Part shown: positions 50,667 through 59,702 of the stretch, piece by piece
Layout: each line of letters starts with the position of its first letter
Position numbering within the stretch: position 1 is the stretch's first letter
NCBI GenBank assembly: GCA_036149055.1
Contig: JAYZQJ010000081.1
Span: 1 to 64,000 of the forward strand
Reading direction: 5' to 3'
DNA: 64,000 bases
Source: Myxococcota bacterium
GTDB taxonomy: Bacteria; Myxococcota_A; Polyangia; Polyangiales; Sandaracinaceae
Made by a program: the position numbers and the translations under genes
The notes under the pieces: model-generated
Told to the model about the DNA's origin: nothing
The model's input: the letters and a program-made list of their open reading frames with translations, nothing else
The model's database searches: none

Positions 50667-51438
50667 GCCCGCCGCAGACGAGGATCGCGGAGCCGAAGAG
50701 CACGACCAGCCCCGCCTCGCACGCGCCCCGCCAGCGCTGCGCGGCCGCGCGGTGAGCCTCCGGGAGCCCGGCGATCGTCACCCAGCGCTCCTCGGCGCCG
50801 TCGCGGTAGGTCTCGCCCTGGGGCGCGGCGAGCGAGAAGAGCGCGCAGCCGTCGCCCTCCGGGAGCGGCGTGGTCGGGCGCGCCGGCCCGCGCTCGCGGC
50901 CGTCGAGGAAGAAGAGGCTCCCGTCGACCCGGACCCGCACCGGGCGGGCGTGTCGCAGCTCGGCGAGCCAGCGACCGAGGCTCGCGAGCCGCCCGAACAG
51001 GAGCGCCAGGAGCAGGAGCCCGCTGGTCGCCGCGCCGAGCCACCAGGGCGACGCCGACGGGGGCCGCCGCCAGCTCGAGAACCAGCCGAGCCGCGCCAGC
51101 TCCACCTCGCCGCCGCGGTTGCGCAGCTCCATGCGCTGCCCCTGCGGGTAGGAGGCGAGGAGCCGATAGCCCTGCCCGGCGAAGCCCGCGAAGACCTCGC
51201 AGCGCGAGGCGTCGCAGCTCTGGCGGAGGTGCGCGTGCCCCATGCGCAGCTCACGGGTCCGGCTCGACTCTCCCTGCCGGAGAGCGAGCGGGTCGAGGGT
51301 CAGCCGCTCGCCCTCCCCGAAGCTGTCGCGCTCCGCCTCCGCGCGCCGGAGATCCACCGTGCGCAGCGCGCCGGTGAACAGACAGACCGCGTAGATCGCG
51401 GCGAGCAGCCCGATCGAGATCGTGACCCAGCGAGACAT
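50650..51438 (-). CDS. Hypothetical membrane protein
   Basis: Three hydrophobic segments and an ETYR motif. Confidence 0.55.
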   Translation of the reverse strand: MSRWVTISIGLLAAIYAVCLFTGALRTVDLRRAEAERDSFGEGERLTLDPLALRQGESSRTRELRMGHAHLRQSCDASRCEVFAGFAGQGYRLLASYPQGQRMELRNRGGEVELARLGWFSSWRRPPSASPWWLGAATSGLLLLALLFGRLASLGRWLAELRHARPVRVRVDGSLFFLDGRERGPARPTTPLPEGDGCALFSLAAPQGETYRDGAEERWVTIAGLPEAHRAAAQRWRGACEAGLVVLFGSAILVCGGLTWLG

Positions 51439-51482
51439 GCGGAGGCAGGACCCACGGGGCCCCGCCTCCTATTCCTGCCGCT

Positions 51483-53918
51483 TCACTCGACCGAGATCAA
51501 CGCGTCCACGTCGAACACCCCGCCGCCGATGAGGCGGGCCTGGCTGCCGCGGGCGTGGGCGTCGAAGCCCATCACGCCGGCCGCGCGGTAGTGGTCGTAG
51601 TCCTGCCCGAAGCGGTCCTCCATGCGCATCTCGAGGTCGAGGCGCACGTCCATGGACTCGGGGCGGGTCAGGGCGAGGAGCGCGTAGGCGACCGCGGCCT
51701 CGGGGCGCACGCCGTCGAGGTCGTCGGCGTCGTCCACGAGCCCGTCGAAGAGCTCGCGCACCACCTGGGAGCGGGCCTGCACGACCGAGCGCGCGGTGGC
51801 GGCGTCGTAGTCGACGCGGTCTCCGCTCAGCGGCACGTCGACCGCGACCGCCCGGCCGCCGATCGCGCCGAGGCCGTCGATGCGCGCCCGCTCGACCGCG
51901 ACGAGGCGCTCGTAGGCGTCGGCCTGCGCCTCGAAGCGCGCGACCATGGCGTCGAGGGCCCGGTCGTCGCCCAGCCCCGCGCGCTGCGCGTCGACGTCGT
52001 CCGCCCGGTCGACGGTGACCGCCGCGAGCACGCCGAGGACCGCCGCGCGGAGCCGCTCGCCTTCGCCCGAGGTCAGCGCCCGGGAGAGGCTCGCGTCGTC
52101 CATCCGGTAGCCGAGCACCACGCTGCTCTCGGGGCCGACCAGCGACGCGTTCGGCTCGGCGACCGCCTGGTAGCGCACCCGGAGCTCGACCGCCGCGCGG
52201 AGGAGCGCGGTCATCTCGGGCTCGAGCCCGGCGCCCTCGATCGCGGCGAGCGCGTCGGCCTGGGGCCCGGTCACCTCGCGGTCGTCGAGCACGTCGGTGC
52301 GGCAGGCGGCGCCGGGGCCCACGCCGCCGGGGCAGACGCGCTCGACGTGCCGCTCGATGGCGTTGCCGTGCGCCTCGATCTCGGCCAGCAGCGCCGGGCC
52401 GCCGACCGCGGTGATCAGCGCGTCGAGGTGATCGAGCGTGGTGTCGCGCTCCATCCACTCGTCGCCCTCGAGCACCTGCACGAAGAGGTTCACCTCGGAC
52501 TCGACCGCGCGGCCGTCGGCGTCGAAGCGCAGGCCGGCGAGCGAGACCCGCTCGTGGCCGTGGGTCTGGAAGAACCAGCCGCCCTCGCGGTGGAGCGAGT
52601 CGAAGAGGAGCTCCTGGGCGCCGCCGGGGGTGTCCACGCGGACGCTGCCCTCCTCGGCGATGGTGGTCTGGAAGAAGCGCATGCCGAACAGCTCGACGCC
52701 GGCGTGCGACACCGCCGAGAGGCCCGAGCGCGACACGTCGTACTCGAGGGTCACGCCGGCCTCGCCCCGCGCCGAGAGCGCCTGCGCCAGCCGCACGTCG
52801 CCGCGCGCCGCCTGGGACAGCGCCTCGGCGAGCCGCGGGTCCTCCTCGCTCAGGTCGAAGCGCAGCCGGATCACGCTCATGCGGGTGCTCCGGCCGGTCC
52901 GCTCGACCTCGGCGCTCACCATGCTCAGCCGCTCGTTCAGCTGGCGCTGGAGGGCGCGGTCGAGGAGCCGGCCGAGGTCCACGTCGCGGCCGCCGAGCGA
53001 GACGTTGGTCCGCGCGAGCCCGCTCACGCCCCAGCCGTCCTCGAGCGCGAGGCGCGCCGAGCGCACGCTGCTCCGGTCGGTGCCGACGTCGATGACCGCC
53101 TCGTCGCCCTCGAGCCGGACCACCTGCACGTCGAGCTCGCCGGCGATCTGGGCCCGAAGCGCGGCCGAGACGACGAGGCTGTAGGTGAGGCTCCCGGGGT
53201 CGGCGACCACGATCGGCACGCCCGCGCCCACGTTCACGCCGAAGGCGCCCTCGCCGCGCAGCGCGAACGCCTCGCCGGGCCGCATCGCGCGCACGTCCTC
53301 GAGGTCGCGCGGGGCCACGAAGCCGCGGGTCTCGCGCAGCGCGGCGTAGATCGCCTCGGGCGAGGTCCCCGCGTCGCGCCGGGTGGCGTGGATCGCCCGG
53401 CCCTCGACCGAGCCGCGCAGCCCGAGCGCCGCCGAGCCGTCGAAGCCGTCGCCGTCGATGGCGAAGCCGTGGTCGAGCCCGGCGTCGAGCGCGAAGCGGC
53501 TCTCCACGAAGACGTCGTCCTCGCTCGCCCGGAGGTGGCGGCGCCGCGTCTCGGTGACGGTCACCGAGAGCTCGCGCTCGCCGAAGCGGGCCAGCAGCCC
53601 GGCGCCCAGCGCGTCGAGGTCCTCGACCAGCGGCTCCTCGGCCGCCGTCTCCGCGAGCCCGAAGGCGGTCACCTCGCCGATCTCGACGCCGACGCCGTCG
53701 CCCGAGAGCGCGTCGTTCAGCCCCTCGCTGGCCAGCCCGGTGCCGCGGGCGCTCAGATCCGTCAGGTCGAGCTCGCGCAGGTCGTCGTAGAGGGCCCGGA
53801 TCGAGTCGAGGCCGTCGCACTTTCCGGTGCAGGTGACCGCGCGCGACTCGGGCGCGGGCCCGGTCTCGGCGCAGGCGGAGAGGAGGAGAGCGAGGAGAAG
53901 AATGCAGCGCTGGGTCAT
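51483..53918 (-). CDS. Large hypothetical lipoprotein (811 aa)
   Basis: Lipobox LLSAC, CTGKCDG motif, long coding-like ORF. Confidence 0.8.
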   Translation of the reverse strand: MTQRCILLLALLLSACAETGPAPESRAVTCTGKCDGLDSIRALYDDLRELDLTDLSARGTGLASEGLNDALSGDGVGVEIGEVTAFGLAETAAEEPLVEDLDALGAGLLARFGERELSVTVTETRRRHLRASEDDVFVESRFALDAGLDHGFAIDGDGFDGSAALGLRGSVEGRAIHATRRDAGTSPEAIYAALRETRGFVAPRDLEDVRAMRPGEAFALRGEGAFGVNVGAGVPIVVADPGSLTYSLVVSAALRAQIAGELDVQVVRLEGDEAVIDVGTDRSSVRSARLALEDGWGVSGLARTNVSLGGRDVDLGRLLDRALQRQLNERLSMVSAEVERTGRSTRMSVIRLRFDLSEEDPRLAEALSQAARGDVRLAQALSARGEAGVTLEYDVSRSGLSAVSHAGVELFGMRFFQTTIAEEGSVRVDTPGGAQELLFDSLHREGGWFFQTHGHERVSLAGLRFDADGRAVESEVNLFVQVLEGDEWMERDTTLDHLDALITAVGGPALLAEIEAHGNAIERHVERVCPGGVGPGAACRTDVLDDREVTGPQADALAAIEGAGLEPEMTALLRAAVELRVRYQAVAEPNASLVGPESSVVLGYRMDDASLSRALTSGEGERLRAAVLGVLAAVTVDRADDVDAQRAGLGDDRALDAMVARFEAQADAYERLVAVERARIDGLGAIGGRAVAVDVPLSGDRVDYDAATARSVVQARSQVVRELFDGLVDDADDLDGVRPEAAVAYALLALTRPESMDVRLDLEMRMEDRFGQDYDHYRAAGVMGFDAHARGSQARLIGGGVFDVDALISVE

Positions 53919-53968
53919 GAAAAGGCTCCGAATCGGCCGACCCTAGCTGAAAGGTCACCCTCGGGCCA

Positions 53969-54646
53969 TCACCGCCGTCGCGCGCGTCGGGTCTTCGCCG
54001 CCGCGATCATCTTCGCGGGGTCCGTGGTCCGGCACCGGGTCGGGCCGTGGTCCACCTCGACCGGCCCGATGAGCTCCACCGCCCGCAGCGCCTCGGCCTC
54101 CAGGCGACCGCCCCGCAGCCCGATCGCGGCCACCGCGTCGAGCATCGCGTCCCGCTGCCGGTTCTTCGCGTCGTGGATCCGGCTGACGATGGACGCGAGC
54201 CAGGCGTCGAGCGCGTCGTCGCCGATCGCGCCGTCGCTCATCGCGAGGTGCGCCAGGAGGCGCCAGCCGGCCCGCCCCACCCACTCGCTCTCGCGGCGGG
54301 TCCACTTCTTCATCTTGGCCCGCGCGTGCCGGCTCCGGGCGACGGTCTTCACGAACGCGTCGGTGAGCACGTAGGAGTCGAGATCGCGCGCCCACCGGTC
54401 GAGGTCCGCCGACGAGAGCGCCCGCGCGTCCGCGATCCGGGTCGCGAGCATCCGGGCGTCGTGGTGGCCGGTGGCCCAGAGCCGGGAGGCGAGCGCCTGG
54501 TCGGTGCCGAGCTCCTTCGCCAGCGCGTCGAGGTCGCCGTGCCTCACGCCGTAGAGCGGCGCGCCGACGCCGTGCTTGCGCATCGTGGCCGCCGTCTCCT
54601 CCGAGCCCAGGCGCTCGAGCGCCTCCATCGCCTCACCGAGCTTCAT
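53969..54646 (-). CDS. DNA alkylation repair protein (AlkD-like HEAT repeats)
   Basis: YGV..GDL..LAK, LWATGHHDARMLA and IGPVEVDHG.T.C. Confidence 0.8.
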   Translation of the reverse strand: MKLGEAMEALERLGSEETAATMRKHGVGAPLYGVRHGDLDALAKELGTDQALASRLWATGHHDARMLATRIADARALSSADLDRWARDLDSYVLTDAFVKTVARSRHARAKMKKWTRRESEWVGRAGWRLLAHLAMSDGAIGDDALDAWLASIVSRIHDAKNRQRDAMLDAVAAIGLRGGRLEAEALRAVELIGPVEVDHGPTRCRTTDPAKMIAAAKTRRARRR

Positions 54647-54768
54647 GGGATGGAGACGGTAGGCCCGATCGGCGGGACGTCAGGGCGCGACAGAAGCGCC
54701 ACACGCAAGCGGATCACGGCGTGGCATCACGCCACGGGGTTCCAGACCGGCGCGGGTGCCTACGTTGC

Positions 54769-54784
54769 TGGCACCCTCGTTGCG
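54769..54784 (+). promoter_or_regulatory. Sigma54 -24/-12 promoter
   Basis: TGGCACCCTCGTTGCG (GG-N10-GC) directly upstream of the kinase-receiver gene. Confidence 0.65.
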
Positions 54785-54786
54785 AT

Positions 54787-56064
54787 ATGAGCGCTCGCGT
54801 GTACTCGGAGCATCCCACCCCTCACCACCCCAACTCTCCAGTCCGATGGGCCGAGCCGATCCCGCGGGCCGGGGACCGCTTCGGTGGGTACGAGATCCAG
54901 CGGCTGCTCGGGCAAGGGGGCATGGGCATCGTGCTCCGCGCGCACGACACCACGCTCCACCGGGACGTCGCGCTGAAGCTGGTGCATCCCTCGCTCTCGG
55001 CGTCTCCGCACGCGCGGGACGCGTTCCTCGAGGAGGCCCGCGCGATGGCCGCGATCCGGCACCCGAACGTGGTGCAGATCCACGCCTGCGGGACCGAGGG
55101 CCCGGTGTCGTACTTCGTGATGGAGCTGTTCGACGGGGGCAGCCTCGAGATGAAGATCATGCGGGACGGCCCGATGCCGCCCGAAGAGGCGCTGCCGATC
55201 CTGCGCGGGGTCGCCCAGGGGCTCGGCGCCATTCACGCGGTCGGACGCATCCACGGGGACGTGAAGCCGTCGAACGTGCTGCTCGGCCGCAAGCGCTCGC
55301 AGGTCGCGCTCACGGACATGGGCCTCAGCCGGGCGCTCGGTCAGGGCGAGCCCGAGGGCGAGGTGCAGGGGACGCCGGCCTATCTCTCGCCCGAGCGCGC
55401 GACCGCGCTGACCGTGCCGCCCGCGCTCCAGCCACGCCAGGACGTCTACTCCTTCGCGGTGATGGCGGTGGAGCTGCTGACCGGGCGCCTGCCCTTCGAG
55501 AGCGGGCAGCCGCAGAAGCTCCTCGAGATGCACGCCCACGAGACGCCGCCGAACCCTAGCGCGCTCGACTCCACGCTCGATCCCCGCCTCGACGCGCCGC
55601 TCCTGCGGGCCCTGGTGAAGAACCCGCGCGAGCGAACGGCGACCCCGATGCAGCTCGTCGAGGAGCTCGAGAGCGCGACTCGCGGCACGAACCGCCCGCT
55701 GCGCGTCCTGGTGGTGGACGACGACGCGGACTGGCGCGAGATGCTCGCGCTCGCGATCTCGCGCCGCTTCCCCGGCGCCACCGTCGAAGGCGCGTCGGAC
55801 GGCGAGCTGGGCATCATGGCCGCCGAGCGGGAGGCGCCGGACATCGCGCTGATCGATCTGAACATGCCCGGGCTCAACGGGGTCGAGCTGACGAGCGCGC
55901 TCCGGGCCCTGGCCCCGAGGGGCAAGCTCCCGATCATCGTCATGAGCGGCGAGGGCGGGGCCCGGGACTGGCGGATCCTCAAGTCCCTGGGCGCGGACCG
56001 CTTCTTCGTGAAGCCGGTCGAGCTCGACGAGCTGTTCGCGAGCGTCGAGCGCCTCGTCTCCTGA
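54787..56064 (+). CDS. Ser/Thr kinase fused to a C-terminal receiver domain
   Basis: GQGGMGIV, VALK, HGDVKPSN, DMG, GTPAYLSPE; VDDD..IDLNMPG..FVKP receiver; start is ATG 54787 or GTG 54799. Confidence 0.9.
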   Translation: MSARVYSEHPTPHHPNSPVRWAEPIPRAGDRFGGYEIQRLLGQGGMGIVLRAHDTTLHRDVALKLVHPSLSASPHARDAFLEEARAMAAIRHPNVVQIHACGTEGPVSYFVMELFDGGSLEMKIMRDGPMPPEEALPILRGVAQGLGAIHAVGRIHGDVKPSNVLLGRKRSQVALTDMGLSRALGQGEPEGEVQGTPAYLSPERATALTVPPALQPRQDVYSFAVMAVELLTGRLPFESGQPQKLLEMHAHETPPNPSALDSTLDPRLDAPLLRALVKNPRERTATPMQLVEELESATRGTNRPLRVLVVDDDADWREMLALAISRRFPGATVEGASDGELGIMAAEREAPDIALIDLNMPGLNGVELTSALRALAPRGKLPIIVMSGEGGARDWRILKSLGADRFFVKPVELDELFASVERLVS

Positions 56065-56119
56065 GTCGCAACGGACATTTCCAGGGCGCCGCGACCCGTC
56101 TTGCGGTAGTCTCGGCCGC

Positions 56120-56962
56120 GTGACCGAGCCGACCGCCGCCCACCGCGAAGACGAGCGACACGACGACGCTCCGCTCCAGGCCGACGACCCGCTGGACGAG
56201 CTCGACTTCGACCGGGCCGAGCTCGAACACGAAGACGACCTCGAGCACGACGGCGCCGAGGAGGCCGTTCAGGCGGCGGGCGCGTTCTGCACGGCCTGCG
56301 GCGCCGAGATGTGGGACGCCTACTACGACGTCGACGGAACCGTGGCCTGCGAGGCGTGCGTGCGCGTGCTCCGCTACGGCCCGCCGGGGTCGAGCGCCGG
56401 GGGCCGCGCGGCGCGCGCGATCGCGCTCGGGGGCATCGCCGCCATCCTGAGCGGCCTCGTCTGGTACGGGATCGCCGCCCTGACCGGGCTCGAGATCGGG
56501 CTCATCGCGATCGCGGTCGGCCTCGCCGTCGGCTTCGCGGTCCGCATCGGCAGCGGCCACATGGGCGGCTGGTTCTACCAGGGCGTCGCGATGACGCTGA
56601 CCTACCTGGCCATCGTCGGCACCTACGTGCCCGACCTGATGGACATGATGCGGAACCCGCCGCCCGAGGGCGAAGAGGTCAGCGTGCTCGGAGGCCCGGC
56701 GACCGCCCACGCGCAGCCGGCCGAGAGCAGCGCGCCCGTCGCGCCGGTCGGCGACGAGGAGGCGATGGAGCCGCTGCCCACGCCGATCCTCTTCGTTCTC
56801 GCCTGCATGCTCTCGCTCTTCGCGCCCATCCTCGCCGGCTTCGAGAACATCATCGGGCTCGCCATCATCGCCTTCGCCCTCTGGGAGGCGTGGAAGGTGA
56901 ACAAGCGCCCGTACAAGCAGATCTCCGGGCCGTTCGCGCTCGGCGCGCCCGCGGACGGATGA
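56120..56962 (+). CDS. Membrane protein with N-terminal zinc ribbon
   Basis: CTAC...CEAC followed by about five TM helices. Confidence 0.75.
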   Translation: MTEPTAAHREDERHDDAPLQADDPLDELDFDRAELEHEDDLEHDGAEEAVQAAGAFCTACGAEMWDAYYDVDGTVACEACVRVLRYGPPGSSAGGRAARAIALGGIAAILSGLVWYGIAALTGLEIGLIAIAVGLAVGFAVRIGSGHMGGWFYQGVAMTLTYLAIVGTYVPDLMDMMRNPPPEGEEVSVLGGPATAHAQPAESSAPVAPVGDEEAMEPLPTPILFVLACMLSLFAPILAGFENIIGLAIIAFALWEAWKVNKRPYKQISGPFALGAPADG

Positions 56963-57969
56963 GCGCCACCGAGCGCTGCCCGGCGTGCGGCACGCAGTGG
57001 GGCCCGCGGGTGCTGGCCTGTCCGGGCTGCGCGAAGCTCGTGCACGCGGAGGCGCTCGCGCGGCTGGCCAGCGAGGCGAAGGCGGCGCGGGCGGCGGACG
57101 ACCGCGCGGCGGAGCGGAAGGCCTGGGAGCGCGCGCTCACCCTCTTGCCCGCCGACGCCAGGCAGGCCGGGACCCTGCGCGAGCGGCTGACCGAGCTCGC
57201 CCCTTCGCCGGAGGAGGAGCCGGCCTCGAAGCCCTCGAAGGCGCCGCGCTGGCTGGCGAGCCTCGGCGCGTTCGGGCTGCTCCTCTGGAAGGCCAAGGCG
57301 ATCCTCGCCTTCCTCGCGACCAAGGGGAAGCTGCTGCTCGCCGGGTTCGCGAGCTGGAAGACCGCGCTCTCGGTGGGCGTGTCCTTCGGCGTCTACTGGG
57401 CGGCGTGGGGCTGGGCGTTCGCGCTCGGGCTGGTCGGCTCGATCTACGTGCACGAGCTCGGCCACGTCGTCGCGCTCCGGCGCTACGGCATCCCCGCGTC
57501 GGCGCCCATGTTCATCCCGGGCATCGGCGCCTTCGTGCGCCTCGATCGCCGGCCGGCCACGCCCATCGAGGACGCGCGGGTCGGGCTCGCGGGCCCCTGG
57601 GCCGGCCTCGGCGCGACGCTGATCGTCTTCGCCGTGCACCTCGCCACCGGCTCGCCGCTCTTCGCCGCGCTGACCCAGGTGGGCGCCTTCCTGAACCTCT
57701 TCAACCTGATCCCGGTGTGGCAGCTCGACGGCTCGCGCGGCTTCGCGAGCCTCACCCGAACGGAGCGAGGCCTCGCGGCGGCGGTGATCGGCGCGTCGAT
57801 GGTCGTGACCGCGCAGTGGCTGCTCGGGGTGCCGTTGATCGCGGCGATCCTCCGGGCCGTCGCCGGGCAGGCGCCGGAGGAGGGCGATCGCTTCGGGCTC
57901 GTGCAGTACGCGGTGCTCTTCGCGGCGCTGAGCGCGCTGGCGACGGTCAGCCCCCCAGGTGGGCTTTGA
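56959..57969 (+). CDS. Site-2 protease (peptidase M50) with N-terminal zinc ribbon
   Basis: CPAC..CPGC, HELGH, AGP and NLIPVWQLDG; ATG overlaps the upstream stop. Confidence 0.9.
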   Translation: MSATERCPACGTQWGPRVLACPGCAKLVHAEALARLASEAKAARAADDRAAERKAWERALTLLPADARQAGTLRERLTELAPSPEEEPASKPSKAPRWLASLGAFGLLLWKAKAILAFLATKGKLLLAGFASWKTALSVGVSFGVYWAAWGWAFALGLVGSIYVHELGHVVALRRYGIPASAPMFIPGIGAFVRLDRRPATPIEDARVGLAGPWAGLGATLIVFAVHLATGSPLFAALTQVGAFLNLFNLIPVWQLDGSRGFASLTRTERGLAAAVIGASMVVTAQWLLGVPLIAAILRAVAGQAPEEGDRFGLVQYAVLFAALSALATVSPPGGL

Positions 57970-58645
57970 GGAAGGCCACGCTGCGCTCCCAGGCGATCTT
58001 CGCGTTGGCCTCGTCGTAGCTGCCGAAGGGGTTCTCGTCGTTGAAGAACGCGTGGTGCGTGCCGCCGTAGACGTTGATCTTGGCGCTGCCGCCCGCTTCG
58101 CGGATCTGCTTGCCCATCTCGAGGGCCTTCTCCGGCGCCGCGAAGTCGTCGGTCTCGGCGTAGTGTCCGAGCACCGGCGCGGTGATCTTCGAGAAGTCGG
58201 GCTGGCTCTGGAGCACGCCGTAGAACGGGACGGCGGCGCCGATGCGGTCGCCCTGCTGGGCCGCGAGCTGGATGACGAAGCCCCCGCCCATGCAGAAGCC
58301 CACCACGCCCACCTTGGAGGACGTCACCGCGTCGTGCTTCAGGAGGAAGTCGACCGCGCCGCCGAGATCGCGCGCGGCGTCCTCCTCGGGCAGCGCCTGC
58401 ATCATCTTGCCCGCCTCGTCGGCGTCGTGCGCGACCTTGCCGCCGTAGAGATCGGGCGCGAGCGCGACGAAGCCCTGCGCGGCGAAGCGGTTGGAGACGT
58501 CGACGATGTGATCGGTCAGTCCCCACCACTCCTGGATGACGATGAGTCCGGGGCCCTTCCCGCCCTCCGGCGCCTTCAGATAGCCGTGGGCCTCGTGGCC
58601 GTTGGACGGGAACGTGATGTTCTGGTGCGGGTTGTCGTGTGCCAT
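57947..58645 (-). CDS. Dienelactone hydrolase family protein
   Basis: IQEWWGL, APDLY, GFCMGG and HAFFN. Confidence 0.93.
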   Translation of the reverse strand: MAHDNPHQNITFPSNGHEAHGYLKAPEGGKGPGLIVIQEWWGLTDHIVDVSNRFAAQGFVALAPDLYGGKVAHDADEAGKMMQALPEEDAARDLGGAVDFLLKHDAVTSSKVGVVGFCMGGGFVIQLAAQQGDRIGAAVPFYGVLQSQPDFSKITAPVLGHYAETDDFAAPEKALEMGKQIREAGGSAKINVYGGTHHAFFNDENPFGSYDEANAKIAWERSVAFLKAHLGG

Positions 58646-58725
58646 GTCGTCTCCCCTCTACGAGTGGACGGGGAGGCTAGCAGAGAGTCCCGCGGGCCGG
58701 GGCTCACCACCCCCGAACGCGGAAG

Positions 58726-58796
58726 GGGGACGGAGTGAACTTGTGAACCTACGTAGGTGTTCGGACTACGTAAGTTAACAAGTTCACTCCGTCCCC
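58726..58796. repeat. Long intergenic inverted repeat (31-bp arms, 2 mismatches, 9-nt loop)
   Basis: GGGGACGGAGTGAACTTGTGAACCTACGTAG (58726-58756) pairs with CTACGTAAGTTAACAAGTTCACTCCGTCCCC (58766-58796). Confidence 0.92.
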
Positions 58797-58806
58797 GGGT
58801 CTTCAT

Positions 58807-59628
58807 TCAGGGCCACACGGCGCGGCGGCGGGCGACGACCACGCCGGCGAGGAGGAGGAGGGCGAGGAGGCCCGGGAGCGCCCACGCCGCGAGCCTCCAC
58901 CGCGGGTCTTCGGTGCGGAGCGAGAGGTGCCGGGTCGGGCCGGGGTCGGGGGGCGCGAGGAAGGGGCCCACCGGCTCGGGCGCTGCGGCCGCGGAGACCG
59001 GCACCCGCGAGCCGTCGGGGTAGAGCGCGTGCACGTCGAGCGCTCCCTCGGGGCGACGCGCGTCGCCGACCGTCCACCCGAAGCAGCTCGCGTGACCGGC
59101 CACCAGCCGGGCGGGGCGCGCGCTCGGGCGGCCGCCGAAGAGATCGCCGATGCGCGGCGGGAGGACGGCGCGCACGCCCGGGCCGACGACCTCGAACGCC
59201 GGCGCGTCTCCGTCGAGCTCCGAGACGAGCGCGTCGGTGAAGCTGCAGGTCCAGGCGTCCTCCACCACGGTCCAGGGGCCGCGCGCCGGAGCCGGAGGGC
59301 GCCGCCACGCCGGGTCCACCCGGAAGCGGACCGGGCGGTCCGGCGATTCGGCGAGGCGCAGGGACAGCTCGCCTCCCGCGGCCCGGAACTGCAGGCGGCG
59401 CACCCGGAGGTTGCCGTACGTCTCGAGCACGTCCTCGATCACCGGCCGGCTCGCCTCGAAGTCGAGGCTCACGTACGGGCCCGCCTCGGCGAACATCCAG
59501 ATCGTGGGGTCGGGCGGGAGCACCTCGCCGTCTCGCGCGGAGAGCGAGACGCCGGCCATCGCGCACTCCGCGGCGGCGGGGCTCGCGACGGCGAGGGCGG
59601 CGAGGAGGACCGAGCTGAAGAGGCGCAT
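58807..59628 (-). CDS. Secreted protein with C-terminal membrane anchor
   Basis: Signal peptide; C-terminal hydrophobic helix followed by RRR. Confidence 0.7.
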   Translation of the reverse strand: MRLFSSVLLAALAVASPAAAECAMAGVSLSARDGEVLPPDPTIWMFAEAGPYVSLDFEASRPVIEDVLETYGNLRVRRLQFRAAGGELSLRLAESPDRPVRFRVDPAWRRPPAPARGPWTVVEDAWTCSFTDALVSELDGDAPAFEVVGPGVRAVLPPRIGDLFGGRPSARPARLVAGHASCFGWTVGDARRPEGALDVHALYPDGSRVPVSAAAAPEPVGPFLAPPDPGPTRHLSLRTEDPRWRLAAWALPGLLALLLLAGVVVARRRAVWP

Positions 59629-59702
59629 GCGGGCTCCGACAACGCCCGCACGGAAAAGTTTGGCCCGGCGTCCGCCGCCCGATGTGAGACCCTCGCCCCA
59701 GG

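Noticed and set aside
58726..58796. Hairpin as a dif site or LexA box
   Set aside because: It does not match the 11-6-11 XerC/XerD layout or the myxobacterial LexA consensus as I recall them.
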